From a virus: 64,000 nt of DNA. How positions within the stretch are numbered: position 1 is the first letter of the stretch; every line of letters begins with the position of its first letter. A model generated the notes under the pieces. The model saw only the letters and a list, made by a program, of their open reading frames with translations. It was not told the origin of the DNA and made no database searches. A program made the position numbers and the translations under genes. This document shows positions 18,283 through 28,958 of the stretch, piece by piece. Location of the stretch: the IMG/VR virus record IMGVR_UViG_3300030451_005783. One strand, 5' to 3'.

Positions 18283-19013
18283 AAACAGCACTGTGTTTTG
18301 CCGGTACAGGTAGATCTATTGAATATACGTTTGATAATCTAAGATCTAAAATTATCGATGACTTAAAAAATAATACCAAACACTGCGATATATTTGTATA
18401 CATTACTGACACACCAAAAGCGGAAATTGCTAAAAAATATTTTGAGCCTATTACTGAATATATTGATATAGTTAAAGAAGATTTTACAGATCCACACGGG
18501 TCTGGATTTGTTTTTGAAAGTGATTGGCCTCCATCAACAAGACATCATCCAGAAGGCTATGAGAAGGGAAGAGATATATATCTCAAAATGGTAAGGTCCA
18601 GAAAGCATCTTGTGACCATGATGGATAATACAAATGTAAAATACGAAAGGGTAATTTTTTCCAGAATGGATGTAGCATATCAGGATGGTATCTTTAGTAA
18701 AATTCAACCGCTAAATATGGACTTTCTTTGGCTACCAAGTTTTCATCATTGGAAAGGTGGATATAACGACCGATTTGCTATTTCTAATTTGTTTTACATG
18801 AAGACCTATTTATCTCAATGGGATTACATGAATCAATATAAAAACGAAGGTTTTGTTTTTCAAGCAGAAAGAGCACTAAAGAATCATCTACATAGATTTG
18901 GAATCACCCCAAAAATATTTAGATATAACTTTAAAAGAATTAGACCTGATGGTAAAGAACACGAAACATGGGATCAAGTTGAAAACAGAGAGGCCATGCC
19001 ATGCGATATTTAA
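18279..19013 (+). CDS. Putative glycosyltransferase-like protein
   Basis: KTALCFAG, YERVIFSRMD, YNDRFAIS: a pattern I recall from viral glycosylation clusters. Confidence 0.5.
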   Translation: MKTALCFAGTGRSIEYTFDNLRSKIIDDLKNNTKHCDIFVYITDTPKAEIAKKYFEPITEYIDIVKEDFTDPHGSGFVFESDWPPSTRHHPEGYEKGRDIYLKMVRSRKHLVTMMDNTNVKYERVIFSRMDVAYQDGIFSKIQPLNMDFLWLPSFHHWKGGYNDRFAISNLFYMKTYLSQWDYMNQYKNEGFVFQAERALKNHLHRFGITPKIFRYNFKRIRPDGKEHETWDQVENREAMPCDI

Positions 19014-19810
19014 TATTAGGGTCTAGTGGACAGGTTGGGAATGCCTTAAAGAATTTTTATGGCAATAGTGCTGTTGGTTGTGATATGGTTGAGTCAGAAA
19101 ACGAAGATTTGCGATATCACACAACACAAATAGAGAAAAAAATTTCACAAGCAGACTTTATACATTTTATGGCATTTGATGTAGGTGGTTCGAGATACTT
19201 ACAAAAATATCAAAATACTTTTGAGTTTATTGATAATAATATGAGAATCATGCAAAATACTTTTAGCCTTATTAAAAAACACAATAAGCCTTTTATTTTT
19301 GCTTCTAGTCAAATGTCTAATATGGACTATTCTTCATATGGAACTTTAAAAAGAGTGGGTGAATGGTATACTAAAATATTGGGTGGCATCACTGTAAAGT
19401 TTTGGAATGTATATGGTATTGAGCATGATTTAGAAAAGTCTCATGTAATTACTGACTTTATAATCAAGGCAAAAGATAGTGGTGTTATTGATATGATGAC
19501 AGACGGTACAGAGGAAAGACAGTTTTTGTATAGCGAAGATTGTTGCGAGGCTTTAGATGTTCTTAAAACCAATTATGATACTATAGACAGAAATCGTGAA
19601 TTACATATTACTAATCATAAATGGAGCACAATATTAGATGTGGCTAATGAAGTTGTCAAACATTTTCCGGCAAAAGTCATACCAAATTCTAAGAAAGATA
19701 TGGTGCAACAAAACAAAAGAAACGAACCAGATCCATACATATTAGAATATTGGCAACCAAAAACCTCTTTAGCTGATGGTATTAAAAAAATATGTGAACA
19801 TTATGTATGA
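19001..19810 (+). CDS. NAD-dependent epimerase/dehydratase
   Basis: ILGSSGQVG, FASS, YGTLK, FWNVYG, RQFLYSED. Confidence 0.8.
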   Translation: MRYLILGSSGQVGNALKNFYGNSAVGCDMVESENEDLRYHTTQIEKKISQADFIHFMAFDVGGSRYLQKYQNTFEFIDNNMRIMQNTFSLIKKHNKPFIFASSQMSNMDYSSYGTLKRVGEWYTKILGGITVKFWNVYGIEHDLEKSHVITDFIIKAKDSGVIDMMTDGTEERQFLYSEDCCEALDVLKTNYDTIDRNRELHITNHKWSTILDVANEVVKHFPAKVIPNSKKDMVQQNKRNEPDPYILEYWQPKTSLADGIKKICEHYV

Positions 19811-20528
19811 TTTATCTATACCAGAAAATATTAAAAAGCTTATTTTTGGAAAAAGTGTGGCGATTGTCGGTCCTGCTGGATATCTACAGGATAAAGGTAG
19901 CGGACACATCATTGATAATCACGAAATTATTATTAGGCCAAATTATTTTTCTCTACCCAAAAACACCCATAAAGACTATGGATCAAGAACAGACATCATG
20001 TACCATAATATGGCATCTTGTTATTTGGATGGATTAAAAGAACAAATTAATAATAATCCTAAAGATTTTTGTAATCTAAAAGCTGTGATAGGGTCATCTA
20101 TAAAAGCCAGTAATGCAGATTCAAACTATATGCAATGGCCCGATGATCATATAAGTGAATGTGCTAATAATTTTAGTCTCTTAAACACACCCTGTTCGCA
20201 TATTGATTACTGGTGGGTTGGTGTGGCTAATTACAAAAAGGTTTATCATCGTGTTGGCGGAGAGCCATACACAGGTATTAATGCTATATTTATTACAATG
20301 TGTTGCCAACCATCATCTGTTTATTTGACGGGTTTTGATTTTTATACAGGAGATTTGCTTTATGTTGATGGTAGCTTGGCTAACGTAGACAAGAATCAAG
20401 AAAAAAGAAATAGGGGTGGCTCTCATGGTTTTCATGCCACAAACAAAAATAAACAGTATGTTAAAAACTGGTACAATACACACACATTTGTTAGTGTAGA
20501 CGATACTCTTAAAAATATATTAGCATGA
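19803..20528 (+). CDS. GT29 (eukaryote-type sialyltransferase)-like protein
   Basis: Sialylmotif L-like VAIVGPAGYLQDKGSGHIIDNHEIIIRPN...DYGSRTD; sialylmotif S-like PYTGINAIFITMCCQPSSVYLTGFDF. Confidence 0.75.
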   Translation: MYDLSIPENIKKLIFGKSVAIVGPAGYLQDKGSGHIIDNHEIIIRPNYFSLPKNTHKDYGSRTDIMYHNMASCYLDGLKEQINNNPKDFCNLKAVIGSSIKASNADSNYMQWPDDHISECANNFSLLNTPCSHIDYWWVGVANYKKVYHRVGGEPYTGINAIFITMCCQPSSVYLTGFDFYTGDLLYVDGSLANVDKNQEKRNRGGSHGFHATNKNKQYVKNWYNTHTFVSVDDTLKNILA

Positions 20529-21277
20529 TGTTATATTTACGGCCAAAAACCTGCATCTTTCTTACCGTTAGAACAGGATCTTCTCGTCTACCCAATAAAT
20601 CTATTTTAAATCTATGTGGTCAACCAACCATAAAATACTTGATAGACAATTTAAAAAAATCTAAACAATCCAATGGGCTAGTTCTTTGCACCACAACAAA
20701 TAAAGAAGATGACATTCTTTGTAATATAGCTAACGATTGTAATATAAAATATTTTAGAGGTAGTTCCGATGATAAACTTTATCGTTGGCTAGGAGCGTGT
20801 CAGAAATTTGATGTTGATTTTTTTGCTAATGTTGATGGAGATGATTTGTTTTTTGATTATGAATTAGCAGATCATATTTTGTTACAGAGCAAAAACAGTG
20901 CTGTAGATTTTATAGACGGTCAAGGATATTTATATAATGATGCATATGGAATTTCGCATCAAGCACTCAAAAAAGTATGTAATATTAAAACTACAGAAGA
21001 TACAGAATATATTAAGCCACATTTTATTAAAGCTAATTTAAATATAGAATTAGTAAAAAACTATAATGATAAGTGGAAAAAGGGCAAAGCAAGAATGACT
21101 TTAGATTATCCGGAAGATTTTACCTTTTTTGAAACGGTTATATCTGCAATAAAACCACAAGAAATATCCTTTGACAATGTTCTAAAATACTTGCATGACA
21201 ATCCAAATACAGTTAATATAAACTACGCACAAGAAGCAAAATGGTCACAAAATCAAAAGAGGCAGTTTAAATTATGA
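20525..21277 (+). CDS. SpsF/NeuA-like CMP-nonulosonate cytidylyltransferase
   Basis: VRTGSSRLPNK, CTTTNKEDD, YFRGSSDD, NVDGD, RMTLDYPEDF. Confidence 0.85.
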   Translation: MMLYLRPKTCIFLTVRTGSSRLPNKSILNLCGQPTIKYLIDNLKKSKQSNGLVLCTTTNKEDDILCNIANDCNIKYFRGSSDDKLYRWLGACQKFDVDFFANVDGDDLFFDYELADHILLQSKNSAVDFIDGQGYLYNDAYGISHQALKKVCNIKTTEDTEYIKPHFIKANLNIELVKNYNDKWKKGKARMTLDYPEDFTFFETVISAIKPQEISFDNVLKYLHDNPNTVNINYAQEAKWSQNQKRQFKL

Positions 21278-22443
21278 AATCTTGGAGATTTCAAACCAAT
21301 GAATTATTATATGTGTCAGAAGTTTTAAAGAGTGGTTTCGGTGCTTCTGAAACAGGTACATTTTGCGAAAAGCTGGAAAAGGCTTTTGCAGAAGAACATA
21401 AACAAAATTATGCAATAGGGTTTAATTCAGGAACCTCAACCCTTCATGCTGCGTTGGAATCTTTTGGTGTCAAGGAAGGCGATGAAGTTATCATTCCAGC
21501 ATTAACTGTTGCCATGTGTGGTTACGCTGTTACTCATGCCAATGCTACACCTGTATACGCAGATGTATGTAAAGATACGTTTTTGATTGACCCTGTAGAT
21601 ATACAGCGTAAAATTACCACAAAAACAAAAGCTATAATGCCTGTTCATCTATATGGACTAGTATGCAATATGGAAGAAATACAGCGGATTGCACAGGAGT
21701 ATGGTCTTTATATAATAGAAGACTGTGCTCAATGTTTCTTAGGAACAGATGGTAGAGGCAGACTAGCTGGTACTATGGGTGATGTCGGAAGCTGGAGTTT
21801 TGAAAATTCCAAACATCTTTCCTGTGGAGATGGCGGAATTGTTACAACCAATAATGAAACTCTAGCAGAATTTATGAGACAGTATGGTGGGGTAGGCTTT
21901 AAAAACATTACTGCGTCTAGCGGAAAGGTAAGAATATCTAGAGATAAATTCCAAAACCCTAATTGGAAAAGACACAATATATTGGCTTATAATTATAGAC
22001 TGCCTGAGATATGTGCGGCAGTAGCCCTGTCTCAAGTTGAAAAAATACATGAGTTGTGCGAAAAAAGAAGACTAATGGGAAAAGCATATCTAGAAATTAT
22101 TAATTCAAGCAATTCGAACATTTTAATTCCACAATATACCCCTCAAGACTATACACATGCGTATTACACTTTTGCTGCATTATTTAATGGAGAGCAATAT
22201 AATATAACATGGCAAGACTTTAGAGAAAAATATATTGAATTTGGTGGAGACGGTATTTATGCTGCATGGCAGCTTGTATATAATGAACCGTGTTTTAAAA
22301 ATCAAAAAATAGGTTGGGGTAGAGCACCAATTGCAGAAAAATTACAAAAAAATATGATGCAATTTACTTGTAATCAAGCAAATGAAACAGAAAGAGAATT
22401 ACAAAAAGACTGTTTGTATAAAACTCTTGAGTATTTTACATGA
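21274..22443 (+). CDS. DegT/DnrJ PLP-dependent sugar aminotransferase
   Basis: NSGTSTLH, PVHLYG, IIEDCAQ, SFENSKHLSCGDGG, YNYRLPEI. Confidence 0.9.
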   Translation: MKSWRFQTNELLYVSEVLKSGFGASETGTFCEKLEKAFAEEHKQNYAIGFNSGTSTLHAALESFGVKEGDEVIIPALTVAMCGYAVTHANATPVYADVCKDTFLIDPVDIQRKITTKTKAIMPVHLYGLVCNMEEIQRIAQEYGLYIIEDCAQCFLGTDGRGRLAGTMGDVGSWSFENSKHLSCGDGGIVTTNNETLAEFMRQYGGVGFKNITASSGKVRISRDKFQNPNWKRHNILAYNYRLPEICAAVALSQVEKIHELCEKRRLMGKAYLEIINSSNSNILIPQYTPQDYTHAYYTFAALFNGEQYNITWQDFREKYIEFGGDGIYAAWQLVYNEPCFKNQKIGWGRAPIAEKLQKNMMQFTCNQANETERELQKDCLYKTLEYFT

Positions 22444-23117
22444 ATAGAAAAATAGTTATTACTGGTAGCGAGGGCTTGATAGGACAGCATTTAAAGTCCC
22501 ATCTAAAACAATATGAGATTATACCTCTTGATATTGCTTTGGGGCATGATTTGACTGACACTAAGTTTGTAGAAGATTTTTTTAAACAAAACAAGCAAAT
22601 ATATTCAACCATAATATTACATGCTTACAATCCACTACCCCTAAAAGACAGCAAGAAAATAGAACCTGTTGATTTCTCTATATCTGAAATAAAAGAATAT
22701 ATGGATGTAAATGTATTGAGTGCTTTTGATGTCTGTCGTAATTACATAAAAAATAACGAGCAGGGACGTATTATTAATGTGTCTTCTTTATACGGAGAAG
22801 TTTCTCCAAAACATCATATTTATAACAATTTTACCAAACATATTGGATATAGTTTATCTAAAGGTTCTATCATAATGCTAACAAAATATTTAGCAACATA
22901 CTACCCTAGATTTAATATCAATACAGTAATACTGGGTGGGATTTATCAAAAAGAATTTGATGAATCTTTTGTACGAAAATATAGTCGGCACACACCTAAA
23001 AAAAGAATGATGGGTCTGTCTGAAATGATCCCTTGTTTTGAGTTTTTGCTTAATGAAAAATCTACATATGTAACAGGAACCGAAATTAAAGTTGATGGAG
23101 GTTGGACAGCATGGTAG
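22440..23117 (+). CDS. SDR oxidoreductase, PtmA-like
   Basis: ITGSEGLIG, NVSSLYG, YSLSK (YxxxK), VDGGWTAW. Confidence 0.8.
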   Translation: MNRKIVITGSEGLIGQHLKSHLKQYEIIPLDIALGHDLTDTKFVEDFFKQNKQIYSTIILHAYNPLPLKDSKKIEPVDFSISEIKEYMDVNVLSAFDVCRNYIKNNEQGRIINVSSLYGEVSPKHHIYNNFTKHIGYSLSKGSIIMLTKYLATYYPRFNINTVILGGIYQKEFDESFVRKYSRHTPKKRMMGLSEMIPCFEFLLNEKSTYVTGTEIKVDGGWTAW

Positions 23118-23956
23118 ATTTCACAACTAAGGATCTTTATCTGATAGGCGAAATAGGTATTAATCATAATGGAGATATACAAATAGCTAAAAGGCTAATA
23201 GATGCTGTTCATGCTTGTGGTTGGAACTGTGCTAAATTTCAAAAACGAAATCCTGATGTTTGTGTACCAGAACATCAAAAGTCTGTTATTAAAGATACTC
23301 CTTGGGGACAGATGACGTATCTTGATTATAAACATAAAATAGAATTTAGCCAAAAACAATATGGGTTAATTGATCAATATTGTAAGAGCAAACCTATTGA
23401 TTGGACAGCTTCGGTATGGGACTTAGATAGTCTTGAGTTTCTTATGGAATACGAACCTCCTTTTATTAAAATAGCGTCTGCATTAGTAACTAATATAGAA
23501 CTATTGACAGAAGTATGTAAAACAAACATACCTATAATGTTTTCAACCGGTATGTGTGAATTATCAGAAGTTGATACAGCTGTTGATTTAATCTCTAAGC
23601 ATACAGATAACTTTGCTTTAATGCACACCAATTCTAGCTATCCAACACCAGTTGAAGAATTAAATCTACAACTAATCCCCTTTTACAAAAATAGATATAA
23701 ATGTACTGTGGGATATTCTGGACATGAATATGATATGGAGCCTACTGTGATTGCTTGTTATTTAGGGGCGAATATTATTGAAAGACATATTACTTTGTCT
23801 CACGACATGTGGGGAACAGATCAAAAAGCAAGTTTAGAAATTAAGGCAATGGATATGTTATATGGCAGACTTAAAGATGTGCCACTAATGATGGGCTCAT
23901 GCAATAAAACAGTTACTCCTAGTGAAATTAATATAAGAAAAAAATTAAGGGGATAG
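23111..23956 (+). CDS. neuB: Nonulosonate (NeuB-family) synthase without the C-terminal antifreeze-like domain
   Basis: EIGINHNGD, AKFQKR, FSTGM, HTNSSYP, GYSGHE, IIERHITL. Confidence 0.9.
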   Translation: MVDFTTKDLYLIGEIGINHNGDIQIAKRLIDAVHACGWNCAKFQKRNPDVCVPEHQKSVIKDTPWGQMTYLDYKHKIEFSQKQYGLIDQYCKSKPIDWTASVWDLDSLEFLMEYEPPFIKIASALVTNIELLTEVCKTNIPIMFSTGMCELSEVDTAVDLISKHTDNFALMHTNSSYPTPVEELNLQLIPFYKNRYKCTVGYSGHEYDMEPTVIACYLGANIIERHITLSHDMWGTDQKASLEIKAMDMLYGRLKDVPLMMGSCNKTVTPSEINIRKKLRG

Positions 23957-23958
23957 TT

Positions 23959-24861
23959 ATGGAATTAATAGTATTTATTAAATGCTCCGGGCCTAACGTA
24001 AATACAGACAATTTAAAAGACACACTACTATCTTTTCATCAAAAGAACAAGGATGTCGATTATAAATTTTATCTTGTTATAGACGCTCAGTTACTAAATT
24101 TTGTAAATAATTTACTATTGAATGAAATAGGTTGGGACAAAGTATTAAAAATTGAACTCGCTGGCAGTAATACATGGCCTCAAGATTTTAATATTTTTTT
24201 TGAGCAATACAAGGATGCTGCTGAATGGCTTTTAATTTCACATGACGACACACTATATATTACAGATAACTGGTTTAAAGAAATGATAAAACCAGTTTTG
24301 CATATACAAGAGTCTATAGGATGGATGACCTCAACAAATGAAGCTCCGACACTACAGGGTAGGCCAGATTATGGACCAAGACCCGGACATCACAAAGATC
24401 ATGAAAACTGGCCTTGGATGTTCGATCTTCACAATCAGTCTTTAGAGAATCGAGATCTGCCTAAAAAATCAGTAATGGTGCATGGTGTTTTTTCTTGTGT
24501 AATGTTAATCCCTATGAAATCAATGAAAATAGTAGGACCGTGTGAAAACTGGTCATTGTATACTATGCTTATTGACGAAGATTGGTCGTTACGAGCATTG
24601 CAGAATAATTTAAAAAATGTTTGGGTTCCTAACGTAAAACATTTACATTGGCTACGCCCACAAAGCAGGAAAGTTCTCAATAGATATGAACAAGAATGTC
24701 ATCAAAAGTTTGAAAATAAATGGGGATATAAAACAGGTAAAAAACAAGGGCCACAAGGTTGTTCTATAGATATAAACGACTTTAGAGAACAATACAAAGA
24801 CACCCTTATACCTTGGTCATCATACAGAAATAGTTACGATTGGGATTATATTGATGAATGA
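23959..24861 (+). CDS. GT2-like glycosyltransferase
   Basis: LLISHDD, LIDEDWSLRA, NVKHLH. Confidence 0.65.
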   Translation: MELIVFIKCSGPNVNTDNLKDTLLSFHQKNKDVDYKFYLVIDAQLLNFVNNLLLNEIGWDKVLKIELAGSNTWPQDFNIFFEQYKDAAEWLLISHDDTLYITDNWFKEMIKPVLHIQESIGWMTSTNEAPTLQGRPDYGPRPGHHKDHENWPWMFDLHNQSLENRDLPKKSVMVHGVFSCVMLIPMKSMKIVGPCENWSLYTMLIDEDWSLRALQNNLKNVWVPNVKHLHWLRPQSRKVLNRYEQECHQKFENKWGYKTGKKQGPQGCSIDINDFREQYKDTLIPWSSYRNSYDWDYIDE

Positions 24862-25441
24862 TTTTTGGAAAAATGTATGGGACAGCAAAGGTCTGAGTGA
24901 TAATGACGACTTGCTATTTCTTAATGGCTATGAACATTTAAAAGTAGATATTAGCAGTAAATTCATAGCTGATGATATTGCAGATCTGTTAAATCTTGAG
25001 GTTGGAGACTCTATTCTAGAAGTGGGTTGTGGTGCTGGTTTTTTGTCTAGAGAGTTTGTAACAAAATACAATTACTATGGCGTAGATTATTCTAAACCAT
25101 TGATTGAAAAACATAAAAGGCTTTTTACAAATCATAACGTAAGCCATGCAGAAGCTAATGCTATACCATTCAAGAATCGACAATTTGATCATTGTTTTTG
25201 TTTTGGTGTTTTTCAGTATCTTCCAAATTTAGAGTATGCTAAATGTATGATTTCAGAAATGAAGCGTATTGTTTCAAAAAACATATTACTCGGAGATCTT
25301 AAAGAAAAACCCACTAGACCAAACCATCTACCATGCCCAAAAAATATGATAGAAAAATTAGGATTCACCATATTAAATATTAGACATTTAAATGACAGCA
25401 ATAGATATCATGGCGTTTTACATACAGAGGATACACAATGA
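24854..25441 (+). CDS. Class I SAM-dependent methyltransferase
   Basis: ILEVGCGAG, YGVDYS, AEANAIPF...FD. Confidence 0.85.
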   Translation: MNDFWKNVWDSKGLSDNDDLLFLNGYEHLKVDISSKFIADDIADLLNLEVGDSILEVGCGAGFLSREFVTKYNYYGVDYSKPLIEKHKRLFTNHNVSHAEANAIPFKNRQFDHCFCFGVFQYLPNLEYAKCMISEMKRIVSKNILLGDLKEKPTRPNHLPCPKNMIEKLGFTILNIRHLNDSNRYHGVLHTEDTQ

Positions 25442-25995
25442 TATGGAATGAAATAGTATGTTTGGGAGATTCTATAACCTATGGAGCTAGAGACGAATAT
25501 GGTCGTTCTCCATCAATAGAATTGTCTAAGATAATGAAGAATCAGACAAATGAAATTTATGTTTGTCACAACTATGGCATTAGTGGAGAAACTAGCGTAG
25601 ACCTTTTAAAAAGAACATGGTCATGCGTAAGTAAACATAAGGCAGCTAAGATAGCAACCTTAATGATTGGAACCAACGACACACAACAAGCTATTCCTGC
25701 ACACATTTACGAAGACAATCTAAGACAAATTATTGATATATGTAAAATAAATGGATTGTTTATAATTATGTCTACTTTACCTAAATTACATTTTACTCCA
25801 TTATACTTTAAAAATTCTAAACTTATTGAAAAATACAATGGCATTATACATAAACTTGCTAAAGAATTGAATTTAGACTTAACAGATATGTCAGGTATAG
25901 AAAAGTATTATGTGGACGGTGTTCATTTCAATAATTACGGACATATAGAAATTGCTAGAAGATGGTCACAAACAATATTAAACGCTCAAACTTAA
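25438..25995 (+). CDS. SGNH/GDSL hydrolase (esterase or O-acyltransferase)
   Basis: LGDSIT, GISGETS, IGTND, DGVH. Confidence 0.85.
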   Translation: MIWNEIVCLGDSITYGARDEYGRSPSIELSKIMKNQTNEIYVCHNYGISGETSVDLLKRTWSCVSKHKAAKIATLMIGTNDTQQAIPAHIYEDNLRQIIDICKINGLFIIMSTLPKLHFTPLYFKNSKLIEKYNGIIHKLAKELNLDLTDMSGIEKYYVDGVHFNNYGHIEIARRWSQTILNAQT

Positions 25996-26912
25996 AAACA
26001 ATAGTGATTGGTTGTACTCCTTTAGCACAAAAAATCACACACACCCTAAAAGAAATATCGAATCTGGTAGGTGTTGTAAATTTAGAGCCATCAGCTGCTA
26101 TAAATAAGTGCAACTATTGCAGCACAATAGGCCATAATGAATTAACTCATTGGACTCAAGACATAAATAGTAAACAAACAAAATGTTGGATACAGAGCCT
26201 ATCTCCAGATATTATAATACAATGTGGTTGGTCACAAATTTTTAATCAAGACATTTTACAAATACCAAAAAAATACTGTTTGGGCATTCATCCTTCTCCG
26301 TTACCAATGGGCAGGGGTGCTGCAATATTAAATTGGAAGATTATTGAAAGCAATGGTAAAAATATAGATTGGGGGAATAGCATTTTTGTAATGGAGAAAC
26401 AAACAGACGTAGGTGATATTATTGCCCTTAAAAACTTTACCATCGAAACAAGAGATAACATACAGACGGTATATGATAAAGTATGTTCTACTAGTGTAGA
26501 TATGATAAAAGAAGTTATAAAAGATATAGATAACAATACAGAATTGTTAATTAAACAAGACGACGACCTTGCTGACAGATATTATAAAAGAAAACCTGAA
26601 GACGGCATGATAGATATTAATTGGAGTTCTATAAAAATAAATGATTATATTAGAGCGTTGACACACCCTTTTCCTGGAGCTTTTTTAAATAGTAGTATAG
26701 GAAAATTGACTTTTTGGAAATCTAAGATATTATCTAGTAATGAGATAGCGGAGCCCGGCACCATAATGTCTATTTCTTCAAAAGGCTTGAGATTAAAGTG
26801 TGGTAATAATACCGACATATTAATTCAAAGAGTATCTATAGACAATATAGAATATTGGGCAGATGAATTTATGTCAGTATCAAAATTAAAAATAGGTCAA
26901 AATATTTTATAG
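25962..26912 (+). CDS. Fmt-like sugar N-formyltransferase
   Basis: GIHPSPLPMGRGAA, DVGDII, IRALTHPFPGA; start uncertain (overlaps upstream gene by 34 nt). Confidence 0.8.
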   Translation: MVTNNIKRSNLKTIVIGCTPLAQKITHTLKEISNLVGVVNLEPSAAINKCNYCSTIGHNELTHWTQDINSKQTKCWIQSLSPDIIIQCGWSQIFNQDILQIPKKYCLGIHPSPLPMGRGAAILNWKIIESNGKNIDWGNSIFVMEKQTDVGDIIALKNFTIETRDNIQTVYDKVCSTSVDMIKEVIKDIDNNTELLIKQDDDLADRYYKRKPEDGMIDINWSSIKINDYIRALTHPFPGAFLNSSIGKLTFWKSKILSSNEIAEPGTIMSISSKGLRLKCGNNTDILIQRVSIDNIEYWADEFMSVSKLKIGQNIL

Positions 26913-26920
26913 GTTTATTA

Positions 26921-27868
26921 ATGAATATATTAGTCACAGGATCTGAAGGTGTTGTTGGGTCTAAAGTATCTGAAATATTAAACAAACGAGGTCATGATGT
27001 ATTTGGTGTGGATCTCTATCACACCCCTAAAAGATATGGTCATGGTCTAGGTACTGTTGATAACGAAAATTATTTCAGATGCGATATTGCTGAATATAGA
27101 CAAATACAAGACGTAATAGAACACACATCTCCCGATCTGATATATAACTGTGCGGCAGAATTTGGTAGATGGAACGGAGAATACTTTTATGAAAAAGTTT
27201 GGAAAAGTAATGCAATAGGCACAAAAAATATTATTAGACTTCAAGAAAAAAGAGGATTTAAATTAATACACACCTCCTCATCAGAAGTATATGGGGATTA
27301 TGGTGATGTAATGTACGAAGATGTAGTATCCAATGTAGCTATACATCAAATGAATGATTATGCAATGTCTAAAAGAGTAAACGAAATGCAGATAGCTAAC
27401 TCTAAAACTATGTATAATACTTCTAGTGTAATTGTTAGATTATTCAACACATATGGGCCCGGAGAATGGTATCATCCCTTTAGAAGTGTTAATTGTATTT
27501 TTGTATATAATCTTTTACACAATTTACCCATCACTGTTTATAAAGGACACACCAGAACAAGTACATATGTTTATGACTGCGCTGAGACTCTGTGTAATAT
27601 TGCAGATAATTTTAATGAAGGACAAACATATAACATAGCTAGCGATCAGCATCATTCTATAGAAGAATTGGTAGAGCATATATTGAAACATACTGGAGCC
27701 TCTAGCACATTGGTTAATTATAAAGACGAATTAGAAATTTTAACCACAAAAGATAAAACAGTAAATGCTGCAAAAAGTAAAAGTGATTTAAAACACACGG
27801 ACTCTATATCTTTAGAAGAGGGTGTGAGACTTACTGTAGAATGGATGAAGGATTACTATAGGCTATAA
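26921..27868 (+). CDS. NAD-dependent epimerase/dehydratase
   Basis: VTGSEGVVG, SSSEVYG, YAMSK, RLFNTYGPG. Confidence 0.85.
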   Translation: MNILVTGSEGVVGSKVSEILNKRGHDVFGVDLYHTPKRYGHGLGTVDNENYFRCDIAEYRQIQDVIEHTSPDLIYNCAAEFGRWNGEYFYEKVWKSNAIGTKNIIRLQEKRGFKLIHTSSSEVYGDYGDVMYEDVVSNVAIHQMNDYAMSKRVNEMQIANSKTMYNTSSVIVRLFNTYGPGEWYHPFRSVNCIFVYNLLHNLPITVYKGHTRTSTYVYDCAETLCNIADNFNEGQTYNIASDQHHSIEELVEHILKHTGASSTLVNYKDELEILTTKDKTVNAAKSKSDLKHTDSISLEEGVRLTVEWMKDYYRL

Positions 27869-27871
27869 AAA

Positions 27872-28948
27872 ATGATAATACATGTAATAGGAGCAAGACC
27901 CAACTATCCTAAAGCGGCTCCATTGATACGGGCTTTGCAAGATCAAAAACAGTTGGTTGTTCATACATCGCAACACTATGATGCCAATATGTGTCAAGAT
28001 ATGTTAAAGGGTCTGGGTATGTCTGATCCAGACATATATTTAGAAAAATTTAATCAATCCGCAAATGATTATTATTTTTATAAAACCAACAGAATGTCAT
28101 ACATGACCAATGAGTTATATAAAATATTTATGCGATATAAACCATCAATGGTTTTTGTTTATGGAGATATAGACTCTACACTTGCAGCAGCTATGGCAGC
28201 TAAAACAAGTAACTGCAAAGTGGCTCATATAGAATCAGGTTTGAGAAGTTTTGATGACGAAATGCCTGAAGAAATTAATAGAAAAATTGTTGACAGTATA
28301 TCAGATTTTTGTTTTGTTACTGAACAAAGTGGTATTGATAATCTCAAAGGTTGTAGAAATAAAATATTTTTTGTTGGCAATACCATGATTGATAGTTTGG
28401 TGTGGATGCAAAAAGAAGGATTGCTAGTAAAAGAAAACAATAATAAAAAATATATAGTATTAACCGCACATAGACCCTCTAATGTTGACGACCCAAGTCA
28501 GTTAAAGAATATTGTAAGCCTTTGCGAAAATATTACTTCTCGTCATGTAGATATAGTATGGCCAGTACACCCAAGAACAAAAACCAATTTGAAAAAATAC
28601 AATTTGTGGGATTTAATTGTAGATAATAAAAAAATTGAAACATTAGGTCCTATGAACTATATTGAATTTATACAGCTGGTATACAATAGTTATGCGGTGG
28701 TTACAGACTCTGGGGGTATACAAGAGGAAACTAGCTTTATGGGAATCCCATGTTATACTATTAGAAAAAATACAGAAAGACCAGTAACGATTGATGAAGG
28801 CACGAATCGCCTTGTTAAATTACAAAATAATAGTTTGTCAAACTTTATTACAGATGAGATCAACAACATTAGAAAAAAAACTACCATACCTTTGTGGGAT
28901 GGTAAAGCTTCAGATAGAATCAGAAAAATAATCCTTAAAAATATGTAA
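27872..28948 (+). CDS. wecB: UDP-GlcNAc 2-epimerase, non-hydrolysing type
   Basis: GARPN, HTSQHYD, HIESGLRSFD, MPEEINR, TDSGGIQEE, TERP. Confidence 0.9.
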   Translation: MIIHVIGARPNYPKAAPLIRALQDQKQLVVHTSQHYDANMCQDMLKGLGMSDPDIYLEKFNQSANDYYFYKTNRMSYMTNELYKIFMRYKPSMVFVYGDIDSTLAAAMAAKTSNCKVAHIESGLRSFDDEMPEEINRKIVDSISDFCFVTEQSGIDNLKGCRNKIFFVGNTMIDSLVWMQKEGLLVKENNNKKYIVLTAHRPSNVDDPSQLKNIVSLCENITSRHVDIVWPVHPRTKTNLKKYNLWDLIVDNKKIETLGPMNYIEFIQLVYNSYAVVTDSGGIQEETSFMGIPCYTIRKNTERPVTIDEGTNRLVKLQNNSLSNFITDEINNIRKKTTIPLWDGKASDRIRKIILKNM

Positions 28949-28958
28949 AGAAAATAAA

